DNA of 64,000 nt, taken from contig JALMLS010000466.1 in assembly GCA_038496445.1 (NCBI GenBank), positions 124,001 to 188,000 of the forward strand, in the 5' to 3' direction. Positions 11,877 to 23,809 of the stretch are shown one piece after another. Within the stretch, counting starts at the first letter, position 1. Each line of letters begins with the position of its first letter. The position numbers were made by a program, and so were the translations under genes. A model generated the notes under the pieces. It was not told the origin of the DNA. It searched no databases and saw only the letters and a list, made by a program, of their open reading frames with translations. This DNA comes from Trichosphaerium sp. ATCC 40318 (lineage: Eukaryota; Protista; Tubulinea).

Positions 11877-13231
11877 ATGCTATACTCACCAACTACGTCA
11901 CCAAACAGTTCACCTGGTTAGTTGTAGTAGATTGCGCTCCTGTGGTTACTTACGAGCTTGTAGGGAAAGCACCGGCGCCAAGGCACCTCGAACATGCGCG
12001 CAGAAAAGTACGACGCTCTCTACGGATAGGTGTGGATAGTTTCGTTCAACGGGAACCAAATCGCTTAAAAATCCCAATTCCGAAGTATATCGTACTTGGA
12101 CATTTCCCTAAAGAACTCTGGATACACATTCTCTCATATCTGCCTATAAACGACTTGCTCGCAGTTTCAAGCGCTTCAATCGCTTTTAGCGCACTCACAT
12201 CAGCCACAAATTCGGTAAGATAGTCGCATCGCGCTTTTTTTTGAAAACAAAGAGCCGTTTTCTTCCTTTTAGATGAAAAACCTTAAAACCGCTCCAGAAC
12301 CACTCTATTTTCTTCAAAACTTAGACTGGCACGTTTATATTATCAACCAGTTATTGTTTTACGTCTAAAAATGACATTTAGTTATGGGTAAGACACATCA
12401 ATGATCTCGCAAGAAAGTTCGTGCCTACAGGGAAACCGCCTTCAAAAAAGACTTTCATCTCATTGATCCGATACATTGACAAGGCAGTACCTATTGTTAC
12501 AATATTGGGAAAATTTGAACGTGGAGAGTATCGCACTAGCACTGAAATTAATGACGCGATGGCAAAGCTTTCAAAGGTAGGCGCTTTTTTTTTTTTTGAA
12601 TTTTTGAATTGAAAAGTCTAGAACTTGCTTCCTCTTGTCTGAATTAACTCATAATTCATAGTCATTTAATGCTATGGGTATAAATTCACCATGGCGTACA
12701 GAACCGGGAACTTCAAAGCTTTGCAGAGGTATGAGGAGGCAGAAATTTCGGGTTTTTTTGAAATCAAGTGCTCGCTGCTTTTAAAGCTCGTTAGTTGTTT
12801 ATTCTCTGTCTAGAATGTTGTGATGCGCGATTTTTAGCATTGAATGATGAGTCTTTTACAGTACAAGTGACATACCCTTACGAAGATCATCCGATGAAAC
12901 TATTGCTCACAATTTCTTGTTATTCTGGGTTTTATAGCAATGTTAGACCCTTGAAATTCTGCTTAGATGTTGATGAGACATACCCACGGGTACCACCTAT
13001 AGTAAGGTGCTTGACACCTGTTTATCATCAATGTATCAACGACCAGATGGTACGACCAATCAAATTATTTAACGAGTCAAAGAATTAAGTTGGTTTTTTT
13101 AGGTTGATCTGTTTAGGGATGATATGCCACCTTGGAATTCTAATACTCGGTGTGGTATAACCCTTATAGCTACGGGTTTAAAAGAGATACTTATGGAACC
13201 ACGTTTTATTACAGGAGGACTACAACTGTGA
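11877..13231 (+). CDS. F-box plus UBC-like (UEV) fusion protein
   Basis: F-box HFPKELWIHILSYLPINDLLAVS; C-terminal E2 fold SGFYSN..YPRVPPIVRCLTPVYHQCINDQMVDLF..PWNS. Confidence 0.75.
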
Positions 13232-13522
13232 ATTTAATTACAAAAATAAAAAATATCCTTCTTGATAAATACTATTTGTGAACACCCTTGTTTTGTATTG
13301 ACACTTCTTCCCAGCACGTTGTCTAGTGCAATCAACGCTTGATTTGCTTAATAGTAGTTACAAGCCGAGGAGTTGGTAGTTAAACAACTCAAAATCCAGC
13401 TACAGTCAGAGTTTTTTTTACGCTGTTTTTTTTTGTGGTTTGTTGAATTATTTTTTGTCAGTTTAAGTTGTGTTAGTCAAACTCTGTGACCTGTTGAAGT
13501 TGTACGGTTCGTATTGGCAAGC

Positions 13523-14081
13523 ATGGAGATAGAGGATACTATCACTGCTTCTTTTGGTGGCTTGGTTGTCACGCTGGCTTCTACTCTCGGCGTACATTTT
13601 TTAGGAAGCTCAGCTTTTGGTGAGAAGGTAATTAGAGTAATATACGGGCGTCACGATCAAAATTAACGTTTAGGGTGAATACATTGATAAAGAAGGTGAT
13701 ACTAAGCCAACAACTGCTTACACTAGTTACTTAGTGCTTGGCACTTGTTTTTCTGGCGTTTTAGGTACAAATACAGTATTTGATCCATTATTATTGATCT
13801 ACGTACTACAGGCGGTTTCTTTACGCAACTATTAAGCGTACAAAAGTCAATGGTGCCTGTGGGTGTTCACTTGACAGTTTTAACGCTTATGTCCGCTTTT
13901 ACTACCTACGTAGAATACGGCATGGTACGCCAGGCCTCTAGTTTATTTGTTTAGATCATATTCACAAAATGACGCTTTACAACAGGTGCCTTTATGGCGT
14001 AATGTTCTACTCAGTACGTCTGGTGTTATTGGAACTTTGTTAGGTGGAGGACCTATCTACACAGCTTTATTGCCAAACTGA
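13523..14081 (+). CDS. Small multi-pass membrane protein, unknown function
   Basis: Four exons splice in frame with canonical GT-AG; several hydrophobic Gly-rich segments. Confidence 0.6.
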
Positions 14082-14427
14082 TTGCATTCAAAAGTACAAA
14101 AACCAGGATGATTCAGATGTCATTGTGAACTCAGATGTCAAAATGTCAAATTTTTTTTAACCATCTTGCCCCGTTTTTACCTCCTTTTAAGTACGTTCAA
14201 ACAACTTTTGGTTACCACTGGTTAATACTGTTGATGTGTGACATATGCGACATAAAAACTTTTAATTTCAGAAAGAAAGTGTCACCACGTGACTACAAAA
14301 AAAAAGCAGTACTTGATTTTTGTGCGAAGTCTATATACTAGTTTATTACCTTTTTTAAGTATGTAAAAAGTAACATATTATGAATACCATATAACACAAG
14401 AACCCAGAGAGTACTCATCATGTTTTT

Positions 14428-15403
14428 TTACTTGCTGGCTTCGTCGGCTTTCTCAGCTTTCTCAGGTTCCTCTGGTTTGGCCGCGGCATCCTCTGCTGGT
14501 GGTTGCTCTGTTTCGGTTTCTTTCTCAGCTACGTCTCTAAATATTGTAAGTCACGTGATAAGGACACATAACTGCAACGTACGGATTTTTTACAACCAAG
14601 ACATGGCATGGAGCGTGATGAACACAAAAGTTACAAATAGATCCAACCAATAGTTTTTGCATGCCACCCCAACCCTTTCATAGTTTTAGTACAACAAGAG
14701 ATTAAAAAAGGTACAAACCTTAGAGCCTACAATGAGGTAGTCTACATTTCGTTCTTTCTACAGTACTGTGTTACTTCTCGCGCAAAACAAACGTTGTTAT
14801 CCTTTCAACACGTACTACTTCCTTGCAAATTGCCTCTGCAGCGTGTCCTGAACGAGAAATCCAATCCCAGTTTTGGATCTAAACATGTCAAATTTCACAA
14901 AACAACAGCGACATTGATTGCAGTAATGTAGATCTGTAGCTGGCGCACGTACGTTTTCTTCGCTCAATAGAGTTTTAACACGTTGTAAAGTAAGTTCTTG
15001 TTGACTTTTAGCAGATTCCTAAGCCGTTGTAAGCGCACAAACGAGTTTTGAAGGTTTCTTTGTTGTACATCAATTTCGGTAACCATTTCCTTGTTGAACC
15101 AGTTTCCTTTAACTGGCTCTAGTACGCTAATTACCGCAACATGCGAGTCTGGTGATGCTAATGATGTTGCTTCCTTTAGCGCCAAGAAGCTTTCTGGACT
15201 TCCATCTACGCCAACAAGTATTTTCTAGCATAGTATTAGCACTTATTAGCCATAAAAGAGTTTCGAAACCGTTAAGAGCTATAACCGCTTTAAAACCTAA
15301 CACGTACCTTTGTAGGGTCTTTTTGGGTGCTACTGGCGTAGTACCTGTGGCGTCTTGTTGTTTGGGTAGTGCGAGCAGAGCGAATTGCAGTGCGTAAGAA
15401 CAT
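14428..15403 (-). CDS. Universal stress protein (UspA domain) with probable mitochondrial presequence
   Basis: MFLRTAIRSARTTQTTRRHRYYASS; KILVGVDGSPES; YLIVGS..GMQKLLVGSICNFCVHHAPCHVLVVK. Confidence 0.85.
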
Positions 15404-15515
15404 TTAGAGAGTGGTAAGAATGGTGTTTATGGCTCTAAAGTCCTTGTACATCAACGCCGTTGATTTTAACCCCAAATTGCTGAAAATACATTCAAGTAAC
15501 ACACAAGGGACAACC

Positions 15516-16869
15516 ATGTCGTTTAATCCATACGATCTTCTTATTAAAGAGTTTGTTGGTCAGCTAGAAACTGCCTTCACTCGAACTTACGGAAGCTCAA
15601 ACACTGAGTATTGCGAAGTTATTGGTTGGTGTGGATCTATGGCTCTGGTACTCAACCCTGACTAAAGATAAAACTAACATCGCAAAAAAGGAGATCGTTG
15701 CTACAACAGACGCTCTTTACCACAATATGGAGTACGTTACAAACCTTTGTTTACAGTTTTGTTAAATACTACATTAGGCACACAATGTTTGTAACTTTAG
15801 TGGGTCAGGAGATTCTACGCGCAAAGCAAATAAAGGCACGCTCAGTTGTAAGAAAAAAAAGACGGTTTTCTGATTTTTCGAATAGGAGGGAGGTGTTAGC
15901 GCCTTTGACTGGCTAAACTGTATTATATCGCTTCTTTGCCACGATATAGGCTATATAAAGGGCGTTTGCAGGTAAGACTGAGCTAGTTTAAGTGAACAGT
16001 TTTCGAACTTTGGTTTTTTTTTCGTAACTCCGAGCGTTAGGGGAGATAACCTTGAAACAAACACGTACAGCAAGGGTGAAGGTATGGGCACTGTTACTAT
16101 ACCATTCGGAAGTACAGATGCCTCTCTTACGCATTACCACGTCGATCGCGGAAAATTATTCGTTCAGGTAATTTTTTTTTGACTTGCAAACAATCGTGTT
16201 TTACACTTTTCTCATCATCCCTTTTCGATTAGGAACGCTTTGGTGGCCACAAAATAATTGATGCTGATGTAATCAAAGTCAATATCGAGCATACAAGGTC
16301 AGTAGTCCATAGAAATCTGCAAGACACTGAAAACTTTTAGGTTTCCTTGCCCAAAAGATGAGGATCCCAAAACAGTATCTACATTTGCCGAAATTGTACT
16401 TCAAGCGTTTGTTTGTTCAGACCTCTCATTGTCTATTTAGGTTCGAGCAGCAGACCTAATGGGCCAACTAGCCGATCCGCGATACCTCAAGAAGATACCA
16501 GCGCTGTATTACGAGTTCAAAGAGACTGGTGCTGCCGATAAATTGGGGTAATACAACAGTGCTAAGCTTAACAATACTAACATTGGATGTTAGATACACT
16601 TGCCCAGGAGACTTGCAAAAAGCGTACCCAAAGTTCTTCTGGAGCATGGTCCACAAACACGTCAAGAAGTCTATCGGGTTAGTCATCAATAAACAAAATG
16701 CGTAGTAATACTTGGTGTTCATATTTTTCTTTTATGTAGGGTACTTAAGTACACTCAAACTGGACAGGTACGCCTATTTCTCCACCTTGGCTTGACGCTG
16801 ACATATTTTTAGCAATATGTTAATAACTTGTATTCCCACGTGTTTAAGGTTGATAACCAACTTCCTTGA
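15516..16869 (+). CDS. Bacterial-type HD-domain metal-dependent phosphohydrolase (Npun_R2479-like), intron-rich
   Basis: DALYHNMEHTMFVTLVGQEIL; SLLCHDIGYIKGVC; TDASLTHYHVDRGKLF; VRAADLMGQLADPRYLKKIPALYYEF. Confidence 0.85.
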
Positions 16870-17090
16870 ATGTATATCTACCGTAGAACTAACGTTTTCC
16901 CTTTGTTTTAATAAAAAAAAAGTTGTGTTAAACGATTGGTTTCGATTTTGGTTTTGAAAATTGGCGAAATTTCCCGGAGAATTTGGTGGGCCCTTTAGGT
17001 TCTCCGAATGCAATTCCATTCTGGCTGACTACAATTTACATCATATTTTTACAATACACTCAACGTAACAACACCTCCTCATAAAGAACA

Positions 17091-18513
17091 ATGGCAGCTC
17101 AACAACAACTCATAACAATCAAAGCGAAGCTAGAAGGCAGCGATGATATCAGAAGAACAACTTTGCAAAAAGATAATCTCACTTTCTCTCTCCTCCAACA
17201 GAAGCTTGCTTCGTTTTTCAATTACAAAAATATCAATGGTGCAACCATTAAGTATCTCGACACTGATGGAGATAAAATAACAGTACGTTAACGCCAAAAA
17301 ACACATGTTCCCAAAAAAAGACAAAAAAAAGTTGCTGACTAAAATGTTGTAGTTGTCTTCTGACGAAGAACTCAAAGAAGCTCTTAATATCATTGGAAAT
17401 GATAACATCTTGCGTATTTTCTTGACAGTTAGCGCTGAGAAGCAAAAGCAACCTCAACATCAACACCAAGATGAAAACAAGACATCAGACGACGTACGTC
17501 CCTTTCTTCAACCCAGCTTCCTTGCTTTTTTGTTGTACTGACACGTGCTTCTAGAGGGAAGATATCCTTAAAATGATAACATCAGTATTGACTCAAAGAA
17601 TGAACGACCCTGAACTCTCTGATCAAATTAGTTCAACTGTTGAAGCAGTATCTCGTTGTATTCCTCATTTCGTTAGAAATTGCCACCACTTCAAGCACAT
17701 TGTTGTTGGACGTTTGCTTTGTGCATTCCACAACATGGCATACAACTTGTTGGACGAGAAGGATGAAGAGTCACTCAAGACTGCTAAATCTTTGCTCACT
17801 GCAATTCTCACAATCAGACCAATGGACGCAACTGCCACCTACAACCTCGCCTGTGCTGAGTCTCTTCTCGGTCATACGGACGCTGCTATTGCTTCATTGG
17901 CTCAAAGTATCAACCTTGGCTTTAGAGATGTCGAACACATCAAGGCAGACACTGATTTCGATAACATTAGGTACGTTTTTGTTTTTTGTTTTCTTCGCTT
18001 TTCTTGTCCAGTCATCGACTCATTATTGCCTTTAGAAAAGAAGAAGCTTTTGTTACTCTTGTAAGCAAACTTGAAACGTACCAACAAGCTTTTAGTGAAG
18101 CCTCCAGATGCGGAGAACAAGCTCGTGCTTGTGGTCGCAGAAGATGCGCTGAACGCTACACCTCCCAAGTTGATGTTCCTGCTGAGTCCAACCAAACAGC
18201 GCCTGATGCATCTACTACCAATGACGATACTACCTCGAGTCCAAATGATGAGCCTGTGGTAGTAGAAGAGAAAGAAGAAATCGAACAGGATACTACAAAC
18301 GATGTTCAAGTTGAAGAAGTTGAGGATGAGAAAGTTGAAGCTGAGAACGAGAATGGCGTCACACAATCTCAGATTAACAAAGCGAACGCTTTTTCCAATG
18401 CTGTAAAAAGCCTTGAAGCAATGGGATTCGTAGATATGAAGCGCAACATCCAAGCACTGATTGACAGCCGTATGGATATTGCTGATGCCGTATTGAAATT
18501 GCTAAATGAATAG
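17091..18513 (+). CDS. PB1-TPR-UBA protein (p62/NBR1-like architecture)
   Basis: PB1 (IKAKL..DIRR; IKYLDTDGDKITLSSDEEL); TPR (TYNLACAESLLG..DTDFDNIR); UBA (LEAMGF..NIQAL..AVLKLL). Confidence 0.85.
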
Positions 18514-18839
18514 ATGTTGTAACATGTTGTCCAACAATAAATAGATAATGTTCAAGTTGTTTTTCGTCTGTGTTTTACAAGTAGTACAGAATTAGAAAGA
18601 ATTTATTGCCACTTCCCTCACCAAGACCCAAAGTGTAGAGTATAAATAAACCGTGGCAATTATAGCCTGAGAGCCACATGAATTACTTCGTAGCTGATGT
18701 AGTGTTGTTGGTATGCCTTTTCCTGGCGGTACTTGTCGAACCGGTAGCTACCAATCGTGCCAAGCTGCATGACATCTCTCTCAGACGTACTATCCCATAC
18801 AAAGTATACACAGAGCAACTCAGTTTAAGCTCAAAAAAG

Positions 18840-19340
18840 GTACTACCGTTAATGCCAAGTAGACACTGAACTAACATAGTTTGGGATTTTTTGCCAAGTG
18901 TTCTTTTGTTGAGCAAAATCTCCATATGGCATCAAGTTTTCCTTGATTACGCAGTCTGCCTTCAACGCTCATGCAATTTTTTTTGTATATTTTGGCTATA
19001 GCACTACCATTTGTGCCAATTTATTTCATTCACAAGCTACTTTACTTTGCAGAATACACTGCCAACAGCTGGTTATCCACATGTGACATACATAGGCGTC
19101 GACGCTTATCGTAGTTTTCTACAATTGGGTAAGGAACTTCCTTACTTTAGCATTGTTGGGAAACTTCACGCTGTAACCTGGTGTATCTGCTGAACCTATT
19201 GTTTATGGACACGTGTTTTAATATGGGTATAGACTTTTAAACAAAAGAAACCGAGAAAGTAGTTCTGACGTCAACTCAACGCTTGATATATCGGTCATAC
19301 GACAATTGAAGAATAGTACGAATGTAGGTGATTTGTCCGC
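18840..19340 (+). mobile_element. Putative decayed, internally deleted piggyBac-like transposase
   Basis: Motifs in expected order across frames: QVD.EL, KSPYGIKF (18916-18939), LLYFAEYTANSW, FLQLGKEL, YEC. Confidence 0.45.
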
Positions 19341-20026
19341 TTCTTTAAACACATTTTTAGACTTAGAAATACGATCAGAACGAATCGAATCTATTTTTTT
19401 TTGTTGTTGTTTTTTCTGACATTGATAGCATCATTAAACCGTCAGAACATTTTTATAACCCATACCACCCATTTAAAACAGATACTTTTCTTTAGTTATG
19501 CAGTATGTTATAAGCTGCCTCTTAACGGAAGTAAAATAGCGGAATATCGCGTCACGTGCACAAACTACGAGAGTCGGAGCGATTGTTCATGTTTTTTTTT
19601 TATCTAAACTATTTTACAATCGTGTTACTTTTTGGTCTTTTTTCGGCGTTGACACGTGACAACGTGACCAAATAACAAATCGTTAAAACGTACTTCCTAC
19701 CAATCTATAGATGGTTTCGGTGAAACACTGCACGACGTAAAGAAATACCCTTCTAGTGTGTATCAAACGCATCTTGTTCGCGACTGTGACGCGATTAGAG
19801 CCAAATTTAGCTTACAACGCGCCACATTCGTGATTCGTGGCAGTTTCTTGCTTGTGATATCATAGGAATACTCGCATAACGCTTTTTTATAATAGTATCT
19901 AACGGTACCGTCGCGCAATCTCAAAAAAGAAGTACGCAACTTTTTTTTTTGACACTCATTTTGTTTTTTGTTTTCACTACAAAGCCACAGCTCTGTTTAA
20001 ATAAAAAAACCTTTTATATATATACT

Positions 20027-21489
20027 ATGGCCAAGGCTGTTTCATTTGCACCAAGTACAGGCTTCTCGCTATTAGGTAAACCTCTTATTTTTAAATTTTG
20101 TTTGAAACACAACAAATACTTCACGATTAGACTCCAGTAACTAACACCCTTATCTTTAAAGAGTCAAATAACAGCTCACCAAAAAGACAACCAAAAAGAC
20201 TTCAACAGTACAAGATTGGCGAATTGCTTGGTTCTGGACGAACATGTGATGTTTTCGCTGCTAGGAACAGACTAACACGTGAAAAAGTAGCTTTGAAGAA
20301 GGTCAAGTATGAATTCTTTGCGAAGTTCTCCGACAGAATAGACAAGGAAGTAGCAATTCATCGTACCTTTCGACACCCTAATATAATACTCCTTCATGCC
20401 GTTTGTTTTGATAAAGGTACGGTTCAAACACCAACACAGTGTATCACAATTTCAATTATCTATTCTACCTTTTCGAAACAAAACGCCCATATCGTGTACA
20501 ATTTAACCACGTGGTTAAAAAACGAAACGGTTTTTTTTTTCTTGTTTCAGTTTGTGTTTTTTTTGTTTTGTTTTAATGATGCACGACGCTAATTAACCTA
20601 GACACAGCACCTGTTCTTGTAATGGAAAAGGCTAAAGGCAATATAATAGACGTTCTAGCGGGTAAACCAGTGACGTATATAAGACCTGTGTTACGCTTGA
20701 TTGTATATCAAGTATTGAACGCTCTTCACGAAATGCATCATCGTGGATACGTCCACTGTGACGTCAAAGTTGGTACGATAAGTACATTAATTATTTGTTG
20801 CTGGTTTTCTGTAGTTCGCTTTTTTAGTACTATTTTATTTTTACAAAACCCACGTGATCATCGTATAGAATCGCGGGTTATTTATCGTCCTTTTGTTCTT
20901 TTTCTAAACACGAACTTACTCTTTTCTTTAGAAAATGTTTTGCTTGGCTTTGATGGTAGTTTCAAGCTTGCAGACTTTGGATTCGCTCAAGCGGTTTCAG
21001 ATACAGCGATTGAAACATTAAATGGAACTCCTGAAGTACGTTACTTCGATAAAGAAAAACGAAAAAAAAAAAGATTTACTCATATTTCTTTTTTAGTACA
21101 TGCCACCGGAGTGCTTTGTAGATACTGGCGATTATGATGAGAAGTTCGATATATGGAGTCTAGGAATACTTGCTTTTGTAGTACTTCTTGGTAGATTCCC
21201 CGATGAACTTGATGTTGAATCTTGTGAGGAAATATACGAAGCTCTTCGCAATGCACACGAAAGAGGTGGATTAAAAATCCAAGATTACGCAGCAGAACTT
21301 TTGGATGCTGATATGCAATTTTTGAGGACCATGCTTGTTGTTAATAGAAGGCTTCGTCCAAGCGCACAAGCTCTTCTTAACACACCATGGCTTCATAATG
21401 GCGATATGGGTATCCCAAAGAAAAAAAAGAGAAACTCTTTCAAGAGACTAAGATCAGCGACAAGAAAAACTTTCAGCAAGGGATTGTAA
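20027..21489 (+). CDS. Ser/Thr protein kinase (non-RD)
   Basis: LGSGRTCDV; VALKK; HCDVKVEN; DFG; GTPEYMPPE; DIWSLG. Confidence 0.92.
20502..20519. repeat. Perfect 18-bp palindrome TTTAACCACGTGGTTAAA in a kinase intron
   Basis: Read directly; centred on CACGTG. Confidence 0.8.
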
Positions 21490-21946
21490 TTACCAAAAAA
21501 ACCACCAAAACTGGTCTTTATCCCATCACGTGGTTCTACCCTCTTGCGAAAAAAACTATAAAACAAAATAACCGTTTGGTTGTTCGAAACTTATCTATTG
21601 AAAACACCCAAGAGAGCAGGAATGCGAACCATTGTACATACAATAAAAAAAAAATAAGATTATCTTCAACTCTGTTTGTCTGTTTTTATTTCAGCAAAAA
21701 AACCGTCTCCCTCAATTTGTTGGTAATGTAGCTCTTTCCTTAAGAGTTTTGAGTGCAAGATCTTCCTGTCCAGCGTTGATAATAGTTTTTCAGTTAACGG
21801 CATTAAATGTACAGCTGTGAACCTTCCCGTGGCTGCGTATATCGGTACTAGCTATGGGCATGGGTGATCATGGCTTTTTGGGATTTTTGTTCAGCTGATA
21901 CTTCGTCTTGCTTAATGTTCTCAAGAGTTATTCTAGTCAATTACCA

Positions 21947-23500
21947 ATGAGCGCGTCACCATTTAGAGGCATTGTAAACCCAGGTATGTACAACACCATT
22001 TTCTTTAGAAGGAAAAGCTCCAAACTCCTCGACTTTCTCCGTTGAGCGTAGTGTTGTTGATATCCGTACTGATGCTCTTATTTCTTTCGCAGGAGCGCTG
22101 GACTTTTTAGTATGTGCCATACAGGCTTTGTACATGACTCCAGAAGTCCGTAAAGCAGTGTACGTGTATTTCAAGCCATTTGCGAGGCTTTGTTAACAAT
22201 ACTGCACATTCTAAGCTTTCTTAGCTATGAATGGCGCTACGACGCCGCAAGAGACGGTCCTGAAGACATGTGTCAAGTAAGACAATTGCAACTATTGTTT
22301 GGCAATCTACAACTCGGAACTGCGCCAGCAAGCCTCGTAGGACTAACTAAGGCGTTTGGTTGGAGCGAAGCCGACAATGTACGTCCATTCTAGAGCGTTT
22401 GAAGCAAGATATTACGAAATGCCGCTAATTTTGACGAAAGCGCACTCCACATGATTTCGTTGAGTTTCTTACCATGCTTCTGGATAAGCTTAGTTCAGTC
22501 AAAGGCATAACAACGTCGTACGGAGTTGATTCGGTTTTTTTTTTGAAAGAAACGATATATGGGGTTAGGGTTTTTGGTTGTTATGTACTCTTTCTAAGTT
22601 TGATCAATTTTCTAGCATTGATTCGATTTTTACTGGAGAATTACTTCACTGTATTGCTTGTCAGGGTTGTAAGCATGTCCGAGAACGAAAAGAATCGTTT
22701 ATAACACTTCCTGTGGTACGTAATATTAAAGTTTTTGAATACTTTTTTTTAACCAATGTCAACTTTAGACAGCAAAGCAACCTACTCTTGAAAAGGCTTT
22801 TGATGCTTTCTTGGTTCCTGAGCTTCTTGAAGGAGATAATAAGTACATGTGCGACCCTTGTAATAGTAAACAGGATGCACTCATGGGCGCCAAGATTGGT
22901 AAATTGCCAGATGTTTTTGCTATCGTTCTTCAACGTTTCGAATTTGATTTCATGACAATGCAAAGAGTAAAGGTTAACTCCCGCGTTGAGTTCCCTTTTG
23001 AACTAGACATGACACCCTTCTATAACGTGGAACTATCTAAAAGGGCTAATACAAGCCAACAAGAATCCAGAGAACCTGAAGACGACGATGAAGAGAATGA
23101 TGAGCAAGAGGTAAGCTTTAAAAAAAAAACACGTTTCAAAGCCAATCTAAGATTTCTTGTTTTTAGAACCCTAATGCATACTCCTTATATGGTGTTGTTT
23201 GTCATATGGGAACAGCTCATAGAGGTCACTACTTTATGTACTTGAAGGATATCAACTCGAAGACATGGCATAAATTCTCTGACACAACAGGTGATCTTTT
23301 TTTTCTTCAGCCATTTTTTTTGACTTTAACATTTAGTTACACCATTGACTGAAGATAAATTAAAAGAAATGTACGGAGGATCAACTGGTGCTTTTCAGAA
23401 ATACTCAAATGCGTATGTACTCCTTTATAGAAAGAGTAGTGCTCCACAGACGAATATAAGTGATTCTGATGTACCTGAATGGGTAAAGAATAGTTTATAA
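21947..23500 (+). CDS. USP47/USP7-like ubiquitin-specific protease domain, catalytic Cys absent
   Basis: Cys box GIVNPGALDFLVCAIQ; LEGDNKYMCDPC; QRFEFDF..RVKVNSRVEFP; His box HMGTAHRGHY; NAYVLLYR. Confidence 0.85.
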
Positions 23501-23809
23501 AAATTGTAATGTCAACAAGTACTCTAAATACATATTTCGATGACTGAGACATTTGTTAAAAAAAGAGTACAATACAATCAGGTTGATGTTAACCGTTAGT
23601 ACTAAGCCAAACGGAACTTTTTGATTTATTGTTTACCACGTGGCTCATTAGCAGTCTAGTTAGTTATTTGTTCCTTCAACTTCTACTAGCTCAAGTTCTT
23701 TGAAACCAGCTAAGCTAACCATCAAAATGCATTTTGGTGAAAAGAACATTGCATGCAAAACGTATTGGGACTGTATTAAAAAGCGCTGTATTCTAGTACT
23801 ACATCACAT

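Noticed and set aside
17902-18453. 183-aa minus-strand ORF and similar antisense ORFs (e.g. 40134-40466, 55026-55322)
   Set aside because: Shadow frames of real genes on the opposite strand
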